Positions 10,562 to 20,016 of a DNA stretch of 64,000 nt are shown here, piece after piece. This DNA is from Lentisphaeria bacterium (GTDB taxonomy: Bacteria; Verrucomicrobiota; Lentisphaeria; JABSQK01; JAWLHB01), in the NCBI GenBank assembly GCA_041690595.1, contig JAWLHB010000005.1, positions 124,001-188,000 of the forward strand. The letters run 5' to 3'. The position numbers and the translations under genes were made by a program. Each line of letters starts with the position of its first letter. Within the stretch, counting starts at the first letter, position 1. Below the pieces are notes generated by a model that had not been told where the DNA came from, did not search any database, and saw only the letters and a list, made by a program, of their open reading frames with translations.

Positions 10562-11503
10562 ATGATGCGCATCAGCGCCACTTTTCTTGATGAGATAAGC
10601 CATGACATCCCGCACCAGAACTGGGGCCGGGAGGAATGGGATGCCGACTTTCGCGCCATGAAGGCGATGGGTATCACAACGGTAGTGGTGATCCGCTGCG
10701 GCTACCAGCGCTGGATGACCTATCCCTCGCGTGTACTCGCGGCGGAGGGATGCTTCCCGCCGGCCATGGACCTGATCGCCCTCTTTCTGGAGTTGGCCGA
10801 GAAGCACGACATGCACTTCTACTTCGGCACCTACGACTCGGGCCGATACTGGCAGCAGAACCAGCCGGAACGGGAAGTCGAGATCAGCTTGCGCGTGGTC
10901 GACGAAGTCTGGGAGCGCTATGGGCACTCGCCGGCCTTTCGCGGCTGGTACCTCTCGCTGGAGATCTCCCGGCGGATTGGCGGCATCATCGATATCTACT
11001 CCCAAATCGGCCGCCACTGCAAGTCCATCTCGGGCAACCTGCCGGTCCTGATCTCGCCGTGGATTGACGGAGTCAAAGCGGTCAATGCCGCTTCGGCGCC
11101 ACTCAAGAAAGCTGCCGATCAGGCGATCGGCCTTTCCCAGCACGAGCGGGAATGGGACGAGATCATGGCCGGCATCGCCGATGCCGTCGACATTGTCGCT
11201 TTCCAGGACGGGCATGTTGAGTTCGACGAATTGCGGGATTATCTCGTGATCAATCGCGCCCTGGCCGAAAAGCATGGCATGCAGTGCTGGACCAACTGCG
11301 AGAGTTTCGACCGGGACATGCCGATCAAGTTCCTGCCGATCAAATGGGACAAGCTCCTGCTCAAACTGCAAGCCGCCGAAGCGGCCGGTATCCGGGACGC
11401 CATCACCTTCGAGTTCTCTCATTTCATGAGCCCCAATTCCTGCTATCCGCAGGCGCACGGCCTCTACCGGCGCTATTGCGAACACATGGGCATCCGCCTT
11501 TGA
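10562..11503 (+). CDS. DUF4434 family protein (putative TIM-barrel glycoside hydrolase)
   Basis: TFLDEISHDIPHQNWG, AFQDG, ESFDRDMPIKFLPI and FEFSHFMSP motifs; GAGG RBS. Confidence 0.8.
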   Translation: MMRISATFLDEISHDIPHQNWGREEWDADFRAMKAMGITTVVVIRCGYQRWMTYPSRVLAAEGCFPPAMDLIALFLELAEKHDMHFYFGTYDSGRYWQQNQPEREVEISLRVVDEVWERYGHSPAFRGWYLSLEISRRIGGIIDIYSQIGRHCKSISGNLPVLISPWIDGVKAVNAASAPLKKAADQAIGLSQHEREWDEIMAGIADAVDIVAFQDGHVEFDELRDYLVINRALAEKHGMQCWTNCESFDRDMPIKFLPIKWDKLLLKLQAAEAAGIRDAITFEFSHFMSPNSCYPQAHGLYRRYCEHMGIRL

Positions 11504-11535
11504 CCTCAACGAACACCCAACCTGAGCCCGAATCC

Positions 11536-13911
11536 ATGAAGCACGCAGCCAGCGAGAACATGCACACGCGAAATCCCTGGAACATTCTGAGCCATTGGCG
11601 CCGGCTGGTATGCCTGCTGGTCGCCCAGACGTCTGTCCTGGCCGCCAGTGGCCTGAACCCGGTTACCTTAAAGGAGTCACCGCGCCATGACCCCATCCCG
11701 CTGGTGACGGACGGTCAGGTTCAGGTGACCCTCTGCCTGATGGAGATGGCGCCCGGAATACCGTCCAACCTGGCGGTGGAAGAGCTGAAATCCAGCTTCA
11801 AGGCGATCTTCGGCGTAGAACTGCCGGTCGTGAAGAATCGGATCGTCGATGGCCCGGTCATCGTGGCCGGCGGTTGTGAGGAGGCCAAAGCGGCCGGCTT
11901 GGATGGCAGTCAGCTTCCGGTCGAGGGCTTTGCCATCAAGACCGCCGCCAACCGCATCTACATTGTCGGCCGGGATGATGCGAGCCTGCGCTCGTACGGG
12001 ACGGCATGGGGCATCTACGAGTTTCTGGAACGGGTGCTCGACGTGCGCTGGTATTGGCCGGCTCAGCATGGCGGCCGCTCGCTGACTGCCCGCGCCAGCC
12101 AGTCGATGGATCCGCTCTGGATCGAAGATGCTCCCGTCTACCGCAAGCGCGAGATCTGGCCGTCGCATCTGCCGGGCCTGATCGGGCTGCACACGGCGCT
12201 GCGCAGCGGCAATTCATGGCCGATCGACCTCAACGTACACGCCCCGCACAAATGGGGGGCGATCTTCAAGGAGTCCCAACCCGAGATCTTCCAGCTGAGC
12301 AAGGGAGGCAAGCGCGACGATATCATGCTCTGCTACGGCAACGCGCAGACAATCGAGACGTATCTCGCCGTGATCGACCGTCACATGCGGGGTGAGGCGC
12401 AACCGCCGGAAGCCGCGCAGATCATCAAGGGCACCGCCATCACGGTTTCCCCCTGGGATGTGAATGTCGCCTGCTACTGTGACGACTGCCGCGCCTTGTG
12501 GAATGAAGAGGGCGGCGCCTATGGCAATGCCTCGCTGGTCCTGGAGAGCTTTGTGAAGAAGCTGGCGGATGAGGTGAAGAAGCGCTGGCCGTCAATGGTC
12601 GTCATCTACCTGCCTTACCTCAATTACACGATGGCCACTGGCAAGGTGAAGTTCCCGGATAACGTGGAGGTCCAGCTCTGCGGCATGCCGGGTCTGGCGC
12701 TCTACAAGGAGCCATCGGTCAACGCGCTCTTCCAGGGCAACATCGATCTGTGGCGCAGCCTTACCAAGCGCCCCGTGCAGACGTGGGAGTATTCCTGCTG
12801 GCCCGAGGATCGCATCAAGGCGCCGTATCACTATCCCCACGTGCTCAAGGCCTATTACCAGCACAATCGGGGCAAGCTCGTCGGCAGTTTCATCAATGGC
12901 GTGACGGATCACTGGCCACGCTCCAACTTCTCCCTCTACTGCTGGATGAAGCTCCTGTGGAATCCGGACTTCGACGTGGATGCGGCGGCGGATGAGTACT
13001 GCGCGCGCCTCTTCGGGCCGGCAGCCGAACCGATGCGACAGCTGCTGACGATCCAGAGCGACCGATGGGAAAAGGTCTCGTACCCCGATGGGAACCTGGC
13101 GGCGCAATCCGTCTATACCCTCTCCTTTCCAAAGCCGGTGATCGACCGGATGCGCGCACTCCTGGCGGAGGCGCAAGAGCTGGCTGCGGGGGATCCCCTG
13201 ACGGAACAGCGGCTCGCTTACTACAAAACGCCCTTTCCCGAGTTCTACCGCGAGTTCGAGTACGTGATCGAGGGCAAGGGCATGGCGCCGCTCCGCATCA
13301 AGAAGGCAGGCGAACTCCCCGTGGTCGACGGCAAGCTCGACGACCACGTCTGGCAGAGTGCCGAAGCTGTGCCCTTCAAGGTCTACGGGGGCCCGGAAGA
13401 GGGGAGCCAGCCGGCGAAGTTCCCCACCGACCTGAAGGCTGTCTGGACGCCCGAGGGGGTGGCATTCGGCTTCCGGATGAGCGAGCCAAATCCCGCTGCC
13501 CTGCAAAAGGAGAAGAGCGGACAGGACGACGGCGCCCTCTACTGGCAGGATTGCGTGGAGCTGTTCATCGATCCCACGGGCACCAACGAGGGCAACTACT
13601 TTCACTTCCTGCTGACCGCGGGGCTCGCGCGATTCGATGCCCGCAAGGACGACACCACCTGGACTTGCGAAGGCTTGGACTTCCAGACCTTCGTCGGCGA
13701 AGACTTCTGGAGCATGGAAGTCGTTATCCCAACCTCTGCCATCGGCGCGACCCTGACCACTGGCTCCACGGGCGTGACCTGGTTCGGGCAGTTCACCCGC
13801 CATCGGATGGCGGATAGCGTTGGTGGCAACGAGAACCAGAAGATGAACGCCAACCAGGGCGGCTTCAACTCCAACACCGGCGACTTCGGCGAACTCCGCT
13901 TCGAGGAGTAG
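11536..13911 (+). CDS. Secreted DUF4838-domain protein with C-terminal CBM9-like domain
   Basis: Signal-like N-terminus (start 11536 or 11560); GTAWGIYEFLER, CYCDDC and KLLWNPD motifs; VDGKLDD..W and DCVELFIDP CBM9-like motifs. Confidence 0.8.
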   Translation: MKHAASENMHTRNPWNILSHWRRLVCLLVAQTSVLAASGLNPVTLKESPRHDPIPLVTDGQVQVTLCLMEMAPGIPSNLAVEELKSSFKAIFGVELPVVKNRIVDGPVIVAGGCEEAKAAGLDGSQLPVEGFAIKTAANRIYIVGRDDASLRSYGTAWGIYEFLERVLDVRWYWPAQHGGRSLTARASQSMDPLWIEDAPVYRKREIWPSHLPGLIGLHTALRSGNSWPIDLNVHAPHKWGAIFKESQPEIFQLSKGGKRDDIMLCYGNAQTIETYLAVIDRHMRGEAQPPEAAQIIKGTAITVSPWDVNVACYCDDCRALWNEEGGAYGNASLVLESFVKKLADEVKKRWPSMVVIYLPYLNYTMATGKVKFPDNVEVQLCGMPGLALYKEPSVNALFQGNIDLWRSLTKRPVQTWEYSCWPEDRIKAPYHYPHVLKAYYQHNRGKLVGSFINGVTDHWPRSNFSLYCWMKLLWNPDFDVDAAADEYCARLFGPAAEPMRQLLTIQSDRWEKVSYPDGNLAAQSVYTLSFPKPVIDRMRALLAEAQELAAGDPLTEQRLAYYKTPFPEFYREFEYVIEGKGMAPLRIKKAGELPVVDGKLDDHVWQSAEAVPFKVYGGPEEGSQPAKFPTDLKAVWTPEGVAFGFRMSEPNPAALQKEKSGQDDGALYWQDCVELFIDPTGTNEGNYFHFLLTAGLARFDARKDDTTWTCEGLDFQTFVGEDFWSMEVVIPTSAIGATLTTGSTGVTWFGQFTRHRMADSVGGNENQKMNANQGGFNSNTGDFGELRFEE

Positions 13912-13937
13912 CCGGATGCTACCGCCCAACCTTCCCT

Positions 13938-15710
13938 ATGCGGACGAGGTATACCATGCCCGGTACCAGTAGCCAGGAGGCGTCTGCTCATGGCGGCCTC
14001 CTTCAGGTGGACATTGTCATCGCGGGAGGCTCGCTGAGCACCCCGGCGGCAGCGCTCCAAGCCACCCGAACATGGCCCGACGCGCGTATTCTGGTGATCG
14101 AGCCCACCGATTGGCTGGGCGGACAAGCGACCAGTCAGGGCGTGCCGGTCATCGACAATGCCTGGCACGAGCCGGGCCGATCATGGATGCTGAACCAGCC
14201 CGATCAGCATTATCCGGCCGACTACCTGGCGTTCCTGAGAGCACTGGCTACACCTCCCGCGGAAGCGCCAGGGCTGGGCTCCGGCGGCGACGGATGCGGC
14301 TGGGTGAGCCGCGAGCCATTCGATCCCCGCACCGCCGCCTGGCTGCTCGAGGCGATGGTGTGCCGGCATCCCAACATCCAGTTGCTGTACCTGACCGTGG
14401 TCAAGGCCGTGCAGACCGTTCCGGTGTCGGACAAGTCAGGGGGCGGGCGTCGCATCACAGGACTGGACCTGATCCAGCGGATCCCGATTAACGGGTACCG
14501 TCCGTTTGATGCGTTCCTGTCCGATGAAATCACCGATTGGTACTCCCCTTCCGACTCGAACCATTTCGCCAAACGCGCCATCCATGTTGAGGCCCGCCAG
14601 GATCGCGAGTTGGTGGTCATCGACGCCTCGGAGCTGGGCGACGTGGTGGTGCTCTCTGGGGCGGAGTATTCCGTGGGGCGCGAGCTGGTGACGGAGGACC
14701 TCGCACCCGATGGTGCCCTGCCAGCCATGGACGAGTCCGCAAGCCAGTGCTTTGTCTTTCCCTTTTGCGTTACCGGCACTGCGACTCCGAACGCGGAACG
14801 GGAATTGCAGGCCGACTTTCCTGGGTTCCAAAGCCACTATCAGCGACTTGCCGATGAGTTCTTCTCGCTGGGCAAGTCAACCTGGATGAATGTCTGGTGC
14901 TACCGCAGGCTGAGAACCCGCAGTTCAAGGCACACCTATGACCAGGCCTTGCTCGACGATTTGACCTGCATTAACTGGTATCCAGGCAATGACTACCCCT
15001 ACGGCTCGATGCTGAAGGCCAAGGCTGATGCCGCTGTCGAGGCTAACACTGGCTGGCATGGCGGCATCCATCCGGAGCATCTGGCTGCCGCTGAACGACA
15101 GGCGATCGCTTTCTACTTCTACCTGAAGTCGCATCCCGGGCGCGTCATGGACACTCGTTTCCCGCGGGGTGATGATCCGCTCAACATGATGGGTACCCGG
15201 CATGGGCTCGCCAAGTTCCCCTATATCCGCTGCACCCGCCGCATCATCGGCTTGAACCGCTTCCGCCTGACGGAAGAGTGCTTTGTCGATACCGACCACC
15301 CCGGGTATGCAAACACCACCTCATGCCGCTTCCCGGACGCAGTGGGAATCGGCAACTACGCAGTCGACATCCATCCCCCCCAAGACAGCATCGGGCTATC
15401 GCCACGTCTCGAGAAGGCAGCGCCGTTCTACATTCCCTGCCGGTGCCTGGGCTCGAACAATGTGCGCAATCTCCTGGTTGGTGGAAAACTGATTGCCGGC
15501 ACCTACATCACCAATGCCGCCTATCGCTTACACCCGATCGAGTGGGCGATCGGCAGTGCAGTCGGGGCCGCGGCAGCCATGATGGCACAACGACAGCGAA
15601 CCAATGTCGAGTTGCTGGAGCCGAGAACGCTGGCGGATCTGCAGCGAACGATCAGTCGGAATTCACCCATCGACTGGCCGGCTACCATGCAGGAGAATGG
15701 TGGGTGGTGA
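13938..15710 (+). CDS. FAD-dependent oxidoreductase (FAD_oxidored-like)
   Basis: DIVIAGG, EPTDWLGGQATSQGV, IDASELGD, PYIR..RRI, GNYAVDIH and AAYRLHPIEWAIG motifs; start may be 13956. Confidence 0.85.
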   Translation: MRTRYTMPGTSSQEASAHGGLLQVDIVIAGGSLSTPAAALQATRTWPDARILVIEPTDWLGGQATSQGVPVIDNAWHEPGRSWMLNQPDQHYPADYLAFLRALATPPAEAPGLGSGGDGCGWVSREPFDPRTAAWLLEAMVCRHPNIQLLYLTVVKAVQTVPVSDKSGGGRRITGLDLIQRIPINGYRPFDAFLSDEITDWYSPSDSNHFAKRAIHVEARQDRELVVIDASELGDVVVLSGAEYSVGRELVTEDLAPDGALPAMDESASQCFVFPFCVTGTATPNAERELQADFPGFQSHYQRLADEFFSLGKSTWMNVWCYRRLRTRSSRHTYDQALLDDLTCINWYPGNDYPYGSMLKAKADAAVEANTGWHGGIHPEHLAAAERQAIAFYFYLKSHPGRVMDTRFPRGDDPLNMMGTRHGLAKFPYIRCTRRIIGLNRFRLTEECFVDTDHPGYANTTSCRFPDAVGIGNYAVDIHPPQDSIGLSPRLEKAAPFYIPCRCLGSNNVRNLLVGGKLIAGTYITNAAYRLHPIEWAIGSAVGAAAAMMAQRQRTNVELLEPRTLADLQRTISRNSPIDWPATMQENGGW

Positions 15711-15783
15711 CTCTCGGGGCCATACGTGGGGCAGCAAGCAGGAACCAGTCAGTCCGACCGATCCTATTGCCTCCACCTGCTCC

Positions 15784-16575
15784 TCAGCGGTCGGGGCGAA
15801 AGGGGATGCCCAGCGCCTGGAAGCGGGAGCGATGGGTGGAGATCGCTTCGCGGAGGATGCTCGTATCGGAGAAGGCAGTGATGAGCGTGGCGCCGGAAGA
15901 AGTGAGCCACGCGGCCAGCTCCATATCGAGTGCCGGCGTACCCCAACCCAACTTGTGCGCTTTGGCGGCGGCGATCACCTTCTCCAAGGCCTCCTGAACC
16001 CGGGGATGACGAAGCTCACCGGGCAGCCCGATCGCGGCCGAATAATCGGCAGGCCCGAAGAAAAGGACGTCGATCCCCGGGACCGAACAGATCTCGTCGA
16101 TAGCGTCCACAGCTTCGGCCGTCTCGATCTGCACGACGAGGACCGGCTCACGATTCTGACGCTGCAAATGCTCACCAACGCCCATGCGTCCGTAGTCGGC
16201 GGCGGCGATCCCCGTATCCAGTCCCCGCTGCCCGACCGGAGGGAATCGACACCATTCCACGAGGCGGGCGATATCCTCCGGGCATCGGCACCGGGGGTAC
16301 ATGATGGCGTCAGCCCCCGCGTCGAGAAGCTGGGCCGCGAGGCTGTAGGCACCATTCGGCAGACGCACCAGCGAGTCGACATCGGCACCGCGACAAGCCT
16401 GGATGAGGCCGGCCATGGCGTCGACGCCGATCGGGAAATGCTCGCAATCCAGCCACAGGCATTCGATGCCGTTCAACCCGAAAAGCTCGATGACCATGGG
16501 ATGAGGGATGTTGCACTTCATGACAAAAAGGGGCTGGCCGGCCGTGAGGCGCTGGCGGAGAACGCTGGTGCGCAT
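15784..16575 (-). CDS. HpcH/HpaI aldolase family protein
   Basis: WLDCEH, LVR, FPPVGQRG, QIET and FFGPADYS motifs; start taken at MRTSVL (16575). Confidence 0.9.
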   Translation of the reverse strand: MRTSVLRQRLTAGQPLFVMKCNIPHPMVIELFGLNGIECLWLDCEHFPIGVDAMAGLIQACRGADVDSLVRLPNGAYSLAAQLLDAGADAIMYPRCRCPEDIARLVEWCRFPPVGQRGLDTGIAAADYGRMGVGEHLQRQNREPVLVVQIETAEAVDAIDEICSVPGIDVLFFGPADYSAAIGLPGELRHPRVQEALEKVIAAAKAHKLGWGTPALDMELAAWLTSSGATLITAFSDTSILREAISTHRSRFQALGIPFRPDR

Positions 16576-16670
16576 GTGGATCTTCCTGACCTGTAAGGAT
16601 GGTGACGGCGTCTGCGAAAGAAGGGCTGGCGGAGTATAGCGTGCGGAAATGAAAAAACCAACAACGCCGG

Positions 16671-16686
16671 TGGCACGAAGTTTGCG
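16671..16686 (+). promoter_or_regulatory. Sigma54 (-24/-12) promoter for the ABC/partner-switching operon
   Basis: TGGCACGAAGTTTGCG matches the TGGCACG-N4-TTGC consensus, intergenic, about 100 bp upstream of GTG 16787. Confidence 0.75.
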
Positions 16687-16786
16687 GATGATGCTAAGCT
16701 TGGATGTTAACCACGGCTTGTGCCCGAATGGGCGCTTGTTATATTGAGCCAAACAACTCAGTGGCGCTGGGAAAGGGGGAAAAAGC

Positions 16787-18796
16787 GTGGAGCAGAGTTT
16801 GACGTGGTATGTTTGCCGACGGCTGGCATTGGGGCTGGGGCTTATTGCCGCCGTCTCGGCTGTCCTGCTGATCTCGGATTATCGTGCCCGCAAGACCAAG
16901 GCGGCGAGCCGCGTACCGCGTGTGGCATTGCTCCAGTTTGCGAGTCGCCCCGTCCTCGACAACGCCATGCAGGGCATCCGCGACAGCCTCGCCGAAAAGG
17001 GGTATGTAAGCGGGGAAACCGTCGACTTCGTCGGCTTCAATGCGGAAGGAGACATGGTGACCGCCAATACGGTCGCCCAAAGCATCGTGGATGGAAACTT
17101 CGACATGGTCGTCAGCATCAGCACGCCATCGCTGCAGACGATGGCGTCGGCCAATCGGGCGGGCAAGCTGACGCATGTATTTGGCGTGGTCACGGATCCC
17201 TTCAGTTGTGAAGTGGGCATCACCGGGGAGGAGCCGGGCGACCATCCCTCCTGGATGGCGGGGATCGGGACATTTCAGCCGGTGGCCATGACGCTGGAGC
17301 TGCTGCACCAGATGAACCCGCGGGCGAAGAAGGTGGGGATGGCGATGAATCCGGCGGATGCCTGCTCGGTGGCCTGCCTGGAGAAGGCGGTGGCGGCCAC
17401 GGAGCGCCTGGGGCTGGAGCTGCTGGTCGCGCAGGTGGAGAATACCTCCGGGGTCTATGAAGCGGCAACCGCCCTGGCGGCGCGGGGAGCCGATGCGCTC
17501 TTCATCGGCGGTGACAACACGGTGGAGGCGGCAGTGGAGTCCGTAGTACGGGCCGGCAACGCCGCAAAGATCCCCGTCTTTGCATGCTCGCCAGAGCATA
17601 TCGACATCGGCGTCATGGTCGGCGTCGGCGCCAATTATTACGAGGTGGGGCGCGCCGTGGGACAAATGGCGGGAGATGTCCTTGCCGGCGAGCTCGCTCC
17701 GGCTGATGTCGCGGTTGCCGACCTGATGCCAAGGCGGCTGGCCCTCAATCAGCAGGCCCTCGCCCTGATGGACGCATCGTGGCGCTTTCCGCCGGAGCTG
17801 CTCGAGGGAGCGGACCTGATCATCGATCCATCGGGCCGACGCCTGGAAAAAGCGCCGAAAGAAGAGATCCTGAAGCCCCTCTTCAAGACCTGCTGGAATG
17901 TCCACTTCATCGCCTTTGTCGAAGCGCCGATGGTGGATGAATGGCTGGAGGGATGGCGCGAGGAGACCACGGCGCTCAAGCTGGTGGAGGGCAAGCACTA
18001 TCGCCTGACCTATCGCAACGCTCAGGGAGATATGGCGACCCTCAATGCGATCCTCGATGCCGCTATCGGCGACGGCGCCGATATCCTGCTGACCACCTCC
18101 ACACCGACCTTGCAGGCCACTGTCCAGAAGAATCCCGATATACCCCTGGTCTTCGGGCTCACGGCCAACCCGATGCTCGCCGGCGTGGGCAAGAGCTACA
18201 CCGATCACCTCCCCTGGCTGACGGGGATCGGCACCATGAGCGACTATGCAACCATGGCCGCTATCGTCCGGGAGTGCCTGCCTCAGGCCCGGCGTGTGGG
18301 CAGTCTGGTCAACCCAAGCGAAGACAATTCGGAGTTCAACTGCGCGCAGACGAAGGCCGCCCTGGCGGCGGTGGGGATCGAGTTGGTCACCATGTCGACG
18401 TCGCAGAGCGCGGAGGTGCCGAATGGAGCTCAAGCGCTGGCCAGCGCGGACATCAGCGCCATCTGCCAGGCGCTCGGAAACCTGCACGACGCAAGCTTTC
18501 CAGCGATTGCCGCGGCGGCCCACCAGGCAGGAATTCCCCTCTTCGCCTACAGCACGGGTCAGGCGGTAAGCGGCGGGGCGGCCATCGCGGTGGCGCGCGA
18601 TTACCGGCAGGGAGGACGGGATCAGGCGCGCATGATGCTGCGCGTCATGAACGGGACTCCCATCGGCGGCATCCCGATCGAGAATATCAGCAGAACCGTG
18701 ATCACGGTGAACCAGGAACACGCCCGCAAGAGCGGCTTTGTCGTGCCGCCATCCGTCCTGTCGCGCGCGGACACCGTCATCGAAGGCAAGGAGTGA
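16787..18796 (+). CDS. ABC transporter substrate-binding protein with two tandem ABC_sub_bind (Trp/Tyr-type) domains
   Basis: N-terminal TM anchor; duplicated motifs NAEGDM/NAQGDM, STPSLQ/STPTLQ and GIGT in both halves. Confidence 0.85.
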   Translation: MEQSLTWYVCRRLALGLGLIAAVSAVLLISDYRARKTKAASRVPRVALLQFASRPVLDNAMQGIRDSLAEKGYVSGETVDFVGFNAEGDMVTANTVAQSIVDGNFDMVVSISTPSLQTMASANRAGKLTHVFGVVTDPFSCEVGITGEEPGDHPSWMAGIGTFQPVAMTLELLHQMNPRAKKVGMAMNPADACSVACLEKAVAATERLGLELLVAQVENTSGVYEAATALAARGADALFIGGDNTVEAAVESVVRAGNAAKIPVFACSPEHIDIGVMVGVGANYYEVGRAVGQMAGDVLAGELAPADVAVADLMPRRLALNQQALALMDASWRFPPELLEGADLIIDPSGRRLEKAPKEEILKPLFKTCWNVHFIAFVEAPMVDEWLEGWREETTALKLVEGKHYRLTYRNAQGDMATLNAILDAAIGDGADILLTTSTPTLQATVQKNPDIPLVFGLTANPMLAGVGKSYTDHLPWLTGIGTMSDYATMAAIVRECLPQARRVGSLVNPSEDNSEFNCAQTKAALAAVGIELVTMSTSQSAEVPNGAQALASADISAICQALGNLHDASFPAIAAAAHQAGIPLFAYSTGQAVSGGAAIAVARDYRQGGRDQARMMLRVMNGTPIGGIPIENISRTVITVNQEHARKSGFVVPPSVLSRADTVIEGKE

Positions 18797-18798
18797 CC

Positions 18799-20016
18799 AT
18801 GCAGGTAGAGCGTCAACCAAGTGCCAGGGGATACGAGGTGACCGCCGCGGGTCGTCTCGATGCACAGTATGCCGATGTCCTGGCGCACGAACTGGAAGAG
18901 TGCATGCGCGGCGGCAGCCACAGCGTCTACCTCAACCTGAGTCGCGTCGACTATCTCAGCTCGGCGGGAATCCGAATTCTGGTGCGCTACGGCAAGACCC
19001 TCCGAAGTCTTGGCGGGGGACTCATCCTGACCGGCAGTTCGGCCATGGTGACGAATGTCCTGACCATGGCCGGCATGATGCCGCTCTTCACGGCCCCACG
19101 TGCCCAGGAAGCGACCGCCGTCGCCCCCGCGGAACAACGGCTCGGCTCGATCTCCTATCGAGTGGTCAATCGGAGGGATGGGGCGATGCGGGTTCGCCAG
19201 ATCGGCGATCCGGCCAAGCTGGCGGCAGGCGGCTATGACGCCTCCGATTGCGTCGCGATCACCCTGGCTCCAGACGATCTGGCGGTGGGCATCGCAGCTT
19301 TTGCCCGAGACTACGCGGACGGACGGGGACGCTTTGGCGAATTTCTGGCGGCAGGCGGGGTGGCGGTCTGCCTCCCTCCAGATGCCAGCGGCATACCGGA
19401 TTTTATGATCACCCAGGGAGAACTCCGTCCGGAGGTGCAGGCCCTGCAGGCGCTGCTGCTGAGCGGCAGCCCCTCGGCGCAGGTGCGCTTCGAGGCGCGG
19501 GATCCTATCCAAGAGCCGGCGGACCTTGCGTCGCTGGCGGCGGTGATGTGCGAGGTCGTGAAGGCGCCCCAGGTCGCCATGGTGATGGTGGCGGAGACGG
19601 ATGGACTTGTTGGTGCCTCCTTGCGCCGGTCCCCCGTGGAGCGACAGGGTTCGGCGGATCCATTCTCCCTGCCGGAGCTGCGGCGCTGGCTCAGCTATAC
19701 GCCAGAGCGGGTTCACGGCCGGCACCTGGCGCTGATTACCGGAGTAATCGCGGCCAGGACGGAGCCGTGGCTGGCACCTTCCCTGCGCCCATTGGGGAGC
19801 GGGCTGATGGGGCATCTGCATGCCGCGGTACTGAGCTACCGGGCTATTCCGCCGGGAGAACTGAAACTGACATCCTACCTGCCGGAGCTCTTCGAGAACC
19901 AGAACGTGGTGGATCTGCTCCATCTGCTGGTCGATGACCATGGGCTCGCCAGCCAGAGCCTTTTCAGCCGCGGTGCCATGTGGCTGGCGCCGGTCAAACA
20001 GGGAGAGCTGCCATGA
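18799..20016 (+). CDS. STAS (anti-sigma antagonist) domain fused to an uncharacterised ~290-aa domain
   Basis: GRLDA..VDYLSSAGIRIL STAS motif; AAGGAG RBS; C-terminal region not recognised. Confidence 0.8.
   Translation: MQVERQPSARGYEVTAAGRLDAQYADVLAHELEECMRGGSHSVYLNLSRVDYLSSAGIRILVRYGKTLRSLGGGLILTGSSAMVTNVLTMAGMMPLFTAPRAQEATAVAPAEQRLGSISYRVVNRRDGAMRVRQIGDPAKLAAGGYDASDCVAITLAPDDLAVGIAAFARDYADGRGRFGEFLAAGGVAVCLPPDASGIPDFMITQGELRPEVQALQALLLSGSPSAQVRFEARDPIQEPADLASLAAVMCEVVKAPQVAMVMVAETDGLVGASLRRSPVERQGSADPFSLPELRRWLSYTPERVHGRHLALITGVIAARTEPWLAPSLRPLGSGLMGHLHAAVLSYRAIPPGELKLTSYLPELFENQNVVDLLHLLVDDHGLASQSLFSRGAMWLAPVKQGELP

Noticed and set aside
15745..15785. GTCAGTCCGACCGATCC between convergent genes, resembling the GTCCGA repeats
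   Set aside because: Too short and degenerate to establish a 9-bp period.
17941..18798. Long N-terminal extensions in the ORF track (17941, 22816, 11284, 5216, 29773, 34079, 54377) suggesting fusions or frameshifts
   Set aside because: They overlap upstream genes in another frame. Internal ATGs with RBS or stop/start coupling and family-typical N-termini explain the genes.
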